64,000 bases of DNA from Catajapyx aquilonaris. Taxonomy: Eukaryota. The DNA lies in assembly GCA_000934665.2 (NCBI GenBank), contig JYFJ02001629.1, forward strand, positions 1 through 64,000. Direction: 5' to 3'. The translations under genes and the position numbers were made by a program. The notes under the pieces were generated by a model. The model saw only the letters and a list, made by a program, of their open reading frames with translations, was not told the DNA's origin and searched no databases. Numbering within the stretch: the first letter of the stretch is position 1; every line of letters begins with the position of its first letter. Below are positions 27,101 through 39,100 of this stretch, piece by piece.

Positions 27101-30100
27101 TTCATATTACTTTAATTATAATAAAATCAACCAGCGTATTAAAAAAAAACACTGACAGTACATCAGTCGACTGCTATTGCAAAAAACAAATTGGTCAATT
27201 AGGCAACAATACGGATTGGATTGTTACAAGCTTACACAGTCACTTGGCGCAACAATCCTGCTGTCACCACTCGCATAATCAGAATAAGCCCTACCTAAAA
27301 ACATAACGGGCCGGTTAATCAAAACGAACTTCTAATTAGGCCTGCAAAATGATAGCTGCAACAATCCGGCTACCCCCAAAAACGTCCGGGCTAATTCGTG
27401 GAAAAGCTCATAAAACTACGGGGCCGGCTCAACCAATCGGTCCTGGATAAACAATGGGCTATAAATCAATCCGGTTTTTTGTTTTGGAAAAAGAACATGG
27501 TTGTAAAACCGACTATTTTTAATTCATCGCTTCGTATATGATTCACACAGTTGAATAGAAAGTTACAGACCAACAAGCTGCTATTTTCAGCTGATTGTTT
27601 GGCCACCCTGTACTGTGAATAAGCAAATTTGGATATAACTTGTGGAACACCCTGTAAACCGGAATCCCAGGGTCCGGAAGATGTAGTGTCCGATGCGAAT
27701 GGTCAGTTCTCACCACTGGACACACGATTTATGAGGTCCAATTGTCTCCGCGGGGAATCCCCTTCCCCCTCTCCTAACCGCGCTATAAATTGACCGCCTT
27801 TGGATTCACACGCCAAAAGGAGTGGTCTGGAGGAGGAGGGGGAGGGTTGGAAAGGGGTCAGAGGTCATCAGTTGTCGCAACCCACCAAGGCACAAATAAC
27901 CTAGCACAACAGAATGCGTGGCCATGGCCTTCAGCCCTTATGCTGCATAAATTGGTGTGATGCCAAGTAGGGTTGCGCACGATAGAAGAATCTACTTGAG
28001 GCCATCGTCTTCTGACTATTGCAAAAAAAAAGCAACAACTGTGACCAATCATGCTGAGAGTGCAGGTTACAACATTGACAATGTGTCTGAAACACTGTTT
28101 CAAAATCAACTGTTGGCATTTTTTCTATGGCGAAGGTATTTTTTTTCTAGGCCTGCGGATTGTGATGATGTAGGCAGTATTATCGCTTCGTACTTGGCCA
28201 GTCATGATCCCATGGATCAAATAACCATGCTCAAATCAAAGGCATATGTTGACCTGGCTGTATCAACAATCCCCAAGCGACAGTTTGGATCTGGACGATA
28301 AAACCTTCTTTTTTTTCCCCCTAACGAGCTCCATCCATCAGAGGTGACAGATCAGAATCGAACCCTGGAGTCCCCAAGAAGAAAGGCGGCGACAATCTCA
28401 ACCCCGCAGCATCGGGAAAGACTAATGGTCGACTGCGGGAAAAAGAAGCGACTCGAAAAATGTTGGACGCAAATAGCTGCACAAAAGAAACTGTAACCAT
28501 CCAGCCTTTTTCGGTCGACACGCGCCCAAAGATGAGGCGCTGAGAACTGGGAAGTCCTCAATCTCACTCACTCCAGCAACCTCCCTAGCAAAAAAATAGG
28601 CAATTCGTCGCATGTCATCAACACTCTCCTCTCTAGAGAGCCATTCACAAATCGGAGCCTCAAAAATAAAGCTTCAATCATTACAGTGTGTTGATAGGGT
28701 GTCAATTGGGGTGAAATTGTGCCAGATGGTGTGAGATTGTGCCAGCGCATTTCTTAGACATCAGTGCGCTCTACCGGGAATTTTATTCGTAATTGTCAAC
28801 CGTGACCGTACCCCCAATGTGGTTCGTTTGATGCCAGTAGGGCGCACTGTTGTCCTAAAAATGCGCTGGCACAATCTCACCCCATTTGACGGGTATGTCA
28901 GGAGATAGAAGTGTCGTAGAGTGTATTATCATTACTGTGAGTCTATGTATAGAACAGGTGGGTTGGAATGACGCGGCGGAATAGATCGTGACAAATTCGG
29001 TTGCTTTTGAACAATAGAAACGATGCATTCATCAAGTAGTTTCCGATTGAAAGAGACACGGTGGGGGTGAGTTGTCAATAGTGTCAATCATGTAATTGAT
29101 TCGAAGGGGGACAGAACTGAGGGGAACTGTGGGTTGAGGTAGGTTTATGCCACCTGATTCACATTAAAGGTGTTAAAATATTGTGATTCATCAGGTAACA
29201 GTAATTGCCACCCTCTACATACAGTATGTCCCTTGGCAGCAGCGGAACTCGGGTGGTTTCGGTCGAGTGCTCCAAGCTGTTGGTTGGCTGGTTGGTTGTG
29301 CTGGTGGGGGATGGGGAGGGTTGGAAGAAGAAGAAGAGAGTTGGAGAAAAAAAAAAAATGCTGTCATGATCAGTTGGCGGGACAGGCAGGGAGGGACTGG
29401 TCATGGCTGCCCTCAGCTCAGGACCACGTGTTGGTCACTGGCGAAAATGGCCGTGGGTGTCGGAGGAGGAGGACATTCCGACACTCTAATGAAGATTGAT
29501 TTCCACGCCTTCTTGTAGTTTGCCTACCTCACTATATAGTTTAAGAACTGGAGTGTATAGTGTTGTGTGTGTGCGTGTTAACCAAGCATGCTCCTGTGGG
29601 TCATGCTGCTTCTGGCACACCCTGTGGCGGCCGGTGATGTTCAAGGAGAGTGCATCGAGATATGTCCCCTGCAGGTGAGGAGGTCGACCACGTGCCGGGT
29701 GTCAACATGCTGGGGTCAACAACACATATATAGACTAATACAAAAAAAGAGAGTGGTCGGCATGTAAATTACGAGTGACAGGCCGTCGGGGATGGGCTGT
29801 CAAAACAAGGTTGATCGATATAAATGTCACTGGTTACGAAATTTTGGTGACGCATTTTGGGAAAGAAACTTAAAGGTCGAGTGAAGTTGCGGAATTGGCA
29901 ATAATTTTAATTCAAACTGTACGTGTTAGGAAAATGGACAGACGAGGAGTATTCATTTAAACTGATTTAAATTGGGTTCACATATTCATGGAAAGTTGTT
30001 GGTTCAAAAATATTTTAAGCGTCTCTTTCTCTCTGGTGTAGGATCATATTATATCTCATCCGTAGCATTTTTTGGTGTAGCTGCAGAAGCTCATTACAAC

Positions 30101-33100
30101 GATAACCCTCGACGCACTTTGGCCTCTTCCACGACGGGGGTGAGTGTCGTCGCGAGATACGCTCCAATTTGGAGGACATTTTTTGACGAAGCTCAATTGC
30201 CACCATTAATTTCGGTTCTTTGCTATACGATCACTGGTTGTTGTTGGTTTTTTCCGTCGTGATTCTCCGTCGGAAAATGGCTCACAGGTTAGAAGAGCAA
30301 CAGGTGCGTGACCATACCAACGACAACACAAAAAGAGGCGTCCTTTTTTAGGAACGTCGCAGGAAATTACATGAATGAAAGTTCTCCCCCCCACCAACCG
30401 TGCCTTTCATAGAAAACGATGCTCAGATCTGACCTCGGTTTGGCATTTCACAACACAATTGCGAGCCTAAATTATTCTACAGTAGAAATTATTCAGCCCG
30501 ACTTATCTGTAAATATTCTGGGCCATAGATCAATTTGATTTTATCTAGAGGTGGCTCAAGTAATTGCTTTTGTTTAATAAGTCAAAACTGAAGTGTTTGT
30601 TGACGATATTTTGGCACCAGTTATTAATTTATCAGAATATTAACTGAATATATTAGGATGATTTGACACAGCACTTCATCCCCTGAATTTGCATAATGAA
30701 TTGTACAGCTTAGAAATTGAGAATGACCCATATTGACCTCGGATGGCATTGGGTTGAACCCATATTTTATTCGGAAAAGCCAGACCCCCCATGCAGTGGC
30801 TGGATCCGTCCATTATATCTCCCAAATCTACGTAATATGCAGCTCTATTCATAAGCTATAAAAGCAACTAGCTTTTAATAAATAATTGTTAAAATAAGTA
30901 AAAATTAAACTATTGTCATAAAGCAGGATAGTACTTAATAACAAGCACAATTGTAAAAAAAATTGCTAACTAATATGTGCTTCAATTGGAACATAGTGAA
31001 GTAAAACTCTTCCTTACAACGATGGGAAAATAATGGGCTATTTAAAGTAGGTTAGCCACATTATTTATAGAGTGTCCACAGCATTTTCTTTTAGATCGTG
31101 TGTATTTTCAAGGATGGGTTCGGGATGTTGTCCTGACAGGCCGCAGTATACAATTTGGAATCTCACTAAATCCAGGAGACGCTGTTAGTAGGCAGAAAAG
31201 CCCCAAATCTTCTCTCTCCGGGGTGTCCTCAACCCCCTTAGCTGGGATGAGGGGGGAACAGAAACCCCCATTGAAAAAGGGGCAGAGATACACAGTTGAG
31301 CCCTCCGAAAATTTCCCCAAGCACGTGGTCAGTGTACAACATCACAAATGAGTCCACATGTCCACCACTTAAACTTGTCTATATGATGGGGGAAAGGGGC
31401 TCATCAACTTTTTCTCAACTTATCTATAGAAGTATACCCACCCTCCTTTTGGGGTTTTTTTGAGGGTGGAGGACCCCCCCTCTCATTTTATCTCTATGGG
31501 TGACACACGATCCGGGTTCCTCTCTCGACCCGAAACTGCCGAGGTCCTCTATGTGTTTTACGGGCAGATACTCTTTCAAAGAAAGCTAGTTTGGGGGGAT
31601 CCGAAGAGCGTGTCGTAAACCGCCAATAAAAAAAAAGTGCATTCCTAACTTTGGTACAAATTTTGACTGTATCCTCCTATTTTGAACCTGTTCGGCCTAT
31701 TTTTGGGGAAGAAAAGTTTTACTAAACTATTGGAAGACAGAAAATGGTGGCAATAAACCAGATTTATATCGGAAGCATTGCCTTTGTTACCATTGAATTT
31801 TAAGGCCTTAATATCGGTATTAGGGGTTTGAATACTAGTATTACTATGGTTTTTGAAGGGAATAAAATAATGTTTCAAGTCTTAGGGCCGGTTTCACCGA
31901 GCTCAGTATATGATAAAACCAGGGTATTTCTCAAAATCCCTATCTATTTGTATGAATTTTCCTAAAGAAACCTGGTTTTATCATATACCAAGCTCGGTGA
32001 AACCGGCCCTTAAAACTGGGAAATAAATAGCAGTTTTCCCTGAAAAGTGTGCCATTTTAAGTGAAGAAAGAGGCGGCAAAAATACAGAAAATAGTTATTC
32101 AGATAGTCAAGTAATACCATTTATTCCAGCTTTACCCTTTTTTTGAAAAATATGTACTCCATACACATGACACAAGGGATAGCAATCCAATTTTTAAGTA
32201 CAATTTTAAATTAAACTTTTTTATCGACTCAGCCCCACAGCAGCCCCAATTTTAAGCAAGAACTGTGTGTGCTCATGAAATTTCCGATATGCAATCAGTG
32301 CCAATGAAATTAAAGTAAAAGTAATTTAGAATGCAGAAAAATTACATTATAAGCGGTATAAAATATTATTCAGATTCATTTGAAAGTCCGAAGTTTTATG
32401 CCTCATTTTCATGTCACATTAATTTAGACTTCCATAAACTTTCAACTGGCACAAAGTTTCACTGCATATATTGATAACAAGTCGAACCATTTTTAGGTCA
32501 CTAACTGATAGCGTCGTCGGAAAAGGTTAAGGTCATTCTCTTCCCCCCAGCTTTCCTTCTATGCAAGTCAAAGACAGTGCGACGCCACAACTTCACCTAC
32601 TGTACTTAAGCTACATCCTCCGAAACATGCCGGGCCATTTCCTAATTACCCTCAATTCTGCAAGGTTACACATTCTGAGACACAAGAAGAGGAGGCCCCA
32701 CACTCTTTTTTTTCTTCCTTTTATCCCTCGAAGATATCAAGGAAGATACACCACGGGCAGGGGGGAACACAAGCGTTTCTTTCAACGCGTCTAATTCAAG
32801 TTGCCGAAAGAGGAAAAGAAGTGGGTGCGCCTCAGACGTGTTAATCGCATAGGAACCCCCTCCGTTTCTTAAAGAAAAAAAATAACTGACCAGGAAGAAA
32901 AAAATCAACCTATAAAACACTCGAGATCAGAGTGGAATTTATCCCCTGCTTTCTTGCCTCTGAAAAAAAATATAGGTTCAACAACTGGTGTTGAAATTTC
33001 AACTGGGGGGGACTTGAAAAGTGAAATCTTGTTATGTTCTGAGCTTTAAGAGGACGATGACTGAGAAGCCCTGTGTTCTTGCCTCCCTATTATGCACAGC

Positions 33101-36100
33101 CAGATATGATTTATTTTAATTAAGGGGCAGCCAGCAAGTAGTTATAAGAGCTCCCCTTTTTTAAAGGTTCCGTCAAAGGGGGGGTTGAAGAATTAATAAG
33201 AATAATGAAGTTAAAGAGTAAAGCAGACGCCGAGAGAAAATTCGAGTATGGGAACATCAAGTAACTTTAATTTTGCGGCCCTGCACTCATCATATGTAAT
33301 GTTTTGTGTTTTTTTTAATGAAAATTTCAGCCAGAGTTTTGTTGGACGTCTCCTGCTCACACTTCGAATATAATTTTTAAACCATTTAAGTGTGTAACAT
33401 CACTTCAGCTCGACACGCTCAAGTACGTGCTCTGATGTTTAAAAAAATTCCTGGCTAACCCATTAATCAATTTTCTCACGCGAGTTTAGTCCCAAAAATA
33501 TGTGGCCCACTACCCCCTCTTCGAAACCCTACACCCACCCTGCAGCACCCTTGTCAATTTCAAGAGGTTCTTGAAAATCCGAATTACCCAACAGCACGTG
33601 CAATAAATAAACGAAGACGTTGACCTATAAACAGCAGGGGTCTTCAAAAAGAGTCAATCGAGTCCAATGTGACCTTTTGAAGGAGACTTCTTTAAAAAGA
33701 ATGCTCGCCAGGTGTGTCGACATGAATGGGCAGTAAGCGTCACATCTGCCTTATGGCGTAAGAAAGGTTTTCCAACTGACACGAAAGGAAGCTCTTCGTA
33801 TCCTGTACTTTTCCCGCCAACACTTTTTTTTCTTTCTTAGAAAAGAACAGGTCACCTTATTTCGTTAAGGGAATATTTATTTCCGAGTCTGGAAAAGAGC
33901 TCATGAGTATAGTTTTTGGGAGGAGGCATTCGTCTCCATGTCACCTTGCGAAGGGACGTTTTTCTTGATGACTTTTCCACTGGGAAAAGTGGGAAAAGCC
34001 TGAGAGGAGGGCGAGAACTAATAACTAAACAGAAAATGAGGGGGAAAAAATGAGCTGAGAAGAAACTAGAAAAAAAATGTGTGGGGGTTTCTAACAAATT
34101 ATATTTTTGTTTCTTTTACAGAACCGAACTGAAGGAACAGACTTCGACGTGAGGTGCAACAATTCCTGCAAAATTGAACAGGTGAGTTTCCTTTGCTTGC
34201 CATATGCTCGATCCACGTGGGGTTCCTTTTTGTTGTGGTCTAAAGAAGAGAGCCCGCCTTCCGTTCTTTCTTTGGCCCACTTCCTTCCTTTTTCCCCTAA
34301 CTTCCTTTTAACGCTTCTCGACACAGCTGACCTCTCAAAAAATAATTTGGGCATATTTGGGGCCACTTGCGCAACGCCGTACCTAACATGCAAAATATTC
34401 CAACAGATGCGTACATACACTCGGAAAATATTTACGTCATTATATTCTTACCACGTAGTAGCTGATGACCTTTTTGCTTAATGACGACGACTTCAAAATT
34501 AATCCTTGATCTTTGCTGCTAAGTGATTTGGATAAACACAACTTTTGCAGTCTGTGCCAAATATTTTTTTGCTGAACATCTCTGCAGACACTTCGTATCA
34601 AATGATAATTTTTGTAATTTGCATTAGTATATGCAGATTCTATGTCGCACCTGGTAATTACCCTGCATGACATAGCATTCTGTACGTGCCTACAAGATAG
34701 TCATCCCTTCCGACCGAAAAAAACGCGACTAGCAACGGATGTGATTTCAGGTCGCTTCCGTTCACCGTCACGATGATGCTTCACGCTCACCTGAGCCCCA
34801 TCTTCTGTACCTCATTTTCTATAAACATGCACTGTACATACATGCTCTATAGAACTGGTTGCTCTAGAAGCGGGCCATATTTTTTTTTTACCAGAGCAAA
34901 AGAGATGTGGTAAAAAAAAGTGAGCCTGATATGTTCCCCAGCAACTGGGTGCAGAGGAAATGAGGGTCAGAAAAGAGGGACCTCCACCCTTAGGTCCCTG
35001 TGATTGGAAACAATACCCATTTCAGAGGGTGAAGGGGAAAGAAGGGCTTGGGGTTGATGAGCTATTCTCTGCTGGATCCATTCTGAAATTATTATTACAT
35101 GGGACCGTGTATTCAATTATGTGGATGAGGGTCACACTGTGGAAATATGGTTTAAAGTGTGTGTAATTGACATATTATGTTGCACTAAACAGGGGATGAT
35201 AAGCCCACAGGTTTATACGAAAACAATAAATTAGTCACGCGTATAATATAATGTAGTTCAATGCATTGCAAGTGGTTTCCAAGTTAGTGAGCTAAAAAAA
35301 TGACTTTGAAATGTCTTCCTGAAAAGTCTATTTGGCCTATGAACTTATTTTTTTACTGCTATTTTAGCTTTCGGCAATATGTCATGAGAGGGATTACTGA
35401 TACGTTTCAAAACAATATTACGTACTCCTAACCCGATAATGTATCAGCCGACAATGTGTAATCAGCAATAGAAGTCGGCGCCACATAACATGAAGTGTCA
35501 CGAACCTGCTGGAAGTGATTTCATATATTTCAATCTGTGCTGATCGCAGAGACGCAGACTTTATTTTTAACATATGTCGCTAGCTCTTCATATCATTTTT
35601 TATACATAGCACAGCACAGAGAATCCACGCATTAAATTATAAAAATTAAATATTAAACGTAAAGTAATTATCAGGAGGGCCGCATTCCTGCAGGGGGAAA
35701 AAAATAGTTCTCAAGGAAGTAAACACGAGAGGTATGTACGACTGGCAGACAGGTGCAGTACCACACCTGGCTGGACAGTTTGCGTGACTGTCCGAACAGT
35801 TGCTGGAATCGTAAAAAAAAGTAGAAAATATGAGGCCTCTCCCTTCCTGTCGACTCGCACAAACATGACCCTGAGAAAATACAGAAGGAACCTTCATTTC
35901 ATTTGTAAGGTTTTCCCCCCGCCTCAAAGAATATTTAGACGTGATTTCGTTCGTAAAAGGTTAGGTTCTGAATTGCTGTGGTGCTGCTGCACGTGGATGA
36001 CAGAAACACGATCAGTCTCAATTGCGGAAACATTATTTGATACTCCAGACACGAACAATGTAGAATATTTGTTGCAGCACACTCAACATGTGGGTAGAAT

Positions 36101-39100
36101 TTCATACCCTCGAATATTGAAAAGCATTTATGGTCCAAATGATGATTGACAGCGACCTGAATACTTGAAAGTACTTAACACAGTTTCTTCAAAACAAGTT
36201 CAGGACAATTGAACGTGCACAATGAAAGTGATACATTTGCCGAGGAAAATAATATCCACGTGAAAAAGATTATTGTAATAATAAACTGTACTGTTTTATA
36301 CAGTAAACAATAACGAATTGACAAACAAAATTAATATGACAGAAAATAACATGTAACAAATTGTGTAAATAAAATTCAAATATAAAATTTAGAAATGTGG
36401 AATTTACGCCCACATATTTGAACCAAAAGATAGTTTCAGCTTAATTGGTAGGCTCAATTTCAGATTATGTTTCTCAATTACAACTATCACTTTTATGTGA
36501 AGGCTTTTTTTTGCCCTCCTGAAATTATCAAATATTTTTTTTCTTCTTCTTCTTCACCCAGGCCCTTAATTTATTAATTTTTCTCTTCCCCTTTCCCACT
36601 GTTGGTCCGTTCAATCTCAGCGGATAAGAAGCATCCATCTTGCACTGGTTTCATCTGTCATTTTTTTGCGTGATTGATGACACTAAAAAACGGGTCATCT
36701 CTAGCCCGAATTTGTTGTAAACAGGATAACCCACAACATTATACATATATTTTTTTCCCTCTCCTTCTCTCTGCGGCCTAGCCCGCGCAATGTTTTTGAT
36801 GGACATCAACCTTTGTGCCTTGGTTCTTGGCACATACAAAGTAGCACACACCATGATGGTCATCAAGCTCGAAAGGGGGGGGGGGATACTCTTCTCGAAT
36901 TTCTGTTGGTGCCCCTGCCTACAAGATAGGTTTTGAAAAATTCTTCAACTTTTCTCCCCCTCCTTCTTTTTTCCATGGCAATTTGGGCTCCCTTGGCCTC
37001 ATCGACCCCTCCTTCAAGTGTGGAAAGGAACGGACAACCCGCAGTATACATTATGCTTGTTTAGAACTGGGCGACCATCTAAACACTTTCTAGTTAAGAA
37101 AACGTCTCCGGCCAGACCTCCCAACTGGACACACACTGGAATTTTTCACAGTAACAATCGCAATTTATGTCCCAGCAGAGGAAATGTGGACGAAACTCAG
37201 TTTTGATCGCGGAATCATATATGACAAACTGGGCCTCCAAAAAAAACGATGTTTCGTGGGCGTCAGATCATCTAAAATAATCGTCATATTTATCATGGGT
37301 CCTGGTCCGGGTCCCATGAGAAGAGGCGATGATGGCCCTCAGCTTGGGGGAGAGCCCTCGACTGGGGGTTATTTACCTTCCCCAATGGATTGGATCATTC
37401 CCTCCCAAACTCTGGATCCCATCAACGTCAACCAAGCTATTTTATCTGGTATCCATCTTTACTGGACAGATGACCTGTATGGGACTTTGAAAGTGTATAC
37501 AGTATCCACAGCATATAACTTCTCAAAAACTAGGCGTGGGAAGGATTTCTTATGGACCCCACTGTACCCATGGGTACAGTGGGGTCCATAAGAAATCCTC
37601 TTTTGAAACCCTACCGTTGCAATATTTATGACGCGATTTTTGGGGGGGGGGAGAAGTTAGGTGGATAATTATTCAAGTTCAATTTTAATTACTTTTAATT
37701 AATTATTTAATTTAAGTTTCCTTTGCAAACCATTCATGCAAAGGAATCGCTTGAATTTATATTTAGTTTGAAAATATTATCGCAGATGACAATTACCACA
37801 ACTTGTTACTAGTAATGAGACCAAATTGTGGCCCGTCAAGACTGTTGCGAGATTTTTCCAAAATTATTTAAAAATAAATAAATTAAAATTAAATTTTAAA
37901 TAAACAAAAATCTAGCCATTAATAATGCATTTTAATAACTATGGGGCGTAAGTTATTTTAAGTATTAGATCAATTATTATTTTAAAATATTTTCTACGCC
38001 ATTATCACAATTTTCCCCCTAAATTTTCAAATTTCGTTGCCATGGTAACCAAACCAGGACAAGCAAACAAACAAACAGAAACAAACTTGGCCTTTTATAA
38101 TAGACCCCATAGAGATGGGGGTGTGATGGACATGGACAGTGCACCACACACTATTACAGGAGGACCCAGTGACAGTGATTTTGAGAGTTGTCCCCCCCAC
38201 ACTTTTCACTCATTTTCTGACGCCATATTTTTTTCCCCCTCCTCCTCACAGTGTACGAGGGGATGTCAGTTATGGAAGGAATCCCTGGAGTCCAGCTGTC
38301 AAGATGTCTGCGTGAGTATATGCCACGCACTGTTAAGGAGAGACTATTTGGCGACAGTCATCAGTCAACCATTATTGCCACTTTTTTTCAGAACGGGATC
38401 CAGGAGGTGCTGCCGGAAGACGAGATCTACTGCATGATGGGCTGCAACTTTGCGGTCAACTCGTACATCCAGCAGCTCAAAGGTGATTACGTAATGTATG
38501 ATAATAATATACAGAAAAAAAAGTAGAGCCTTATTTTCGATGCAAGTCTCGTTCGCGACTCGGGTTAAGTGAAATGGCCCCCGGAGATAGCATGTGTTTT
38601 TCAACCTAAGTCTCATGATAACAAAGCTGTGAAAACAATTTGTTTGCGTAGTGCAAGTCCTGTTGTTGTCATTGCACTGGTTACAACAATCCTTCATTTT
38701 GTACTGTACACCATATTGCACACCATTTTTGTGGGTTGACACATTATTGCATAGCACCGTCCATATATAACTCTCAGGTTCAAAGAGAACATCCCGGTAG
38801 ATCCCGATGTGTAGGCACGAGTGTAGTGCGCATGCGCGGGTAGTATATACTAGAGTGTGCGCATGCGCGACTGGAGAGACTAATCCATATCTTTTTCCCT
38901 CCATTTTTCTTTCTCCTTAGACGAGATAGGCACCCCTCCTCCTCCAGCCCTGGTGGCCGATTCTCTGACCAACGTGTCCCTGAGCCTGGAATGGGGAGGG
39001 TCACACCATTCCAACGTGGCTTACCTGCTCCAGTGGAGATACGCCTCTCTGCCAGGAACATGGCAGTACTTTGCTGACCAAGTTCCGAAGCACAACACGA

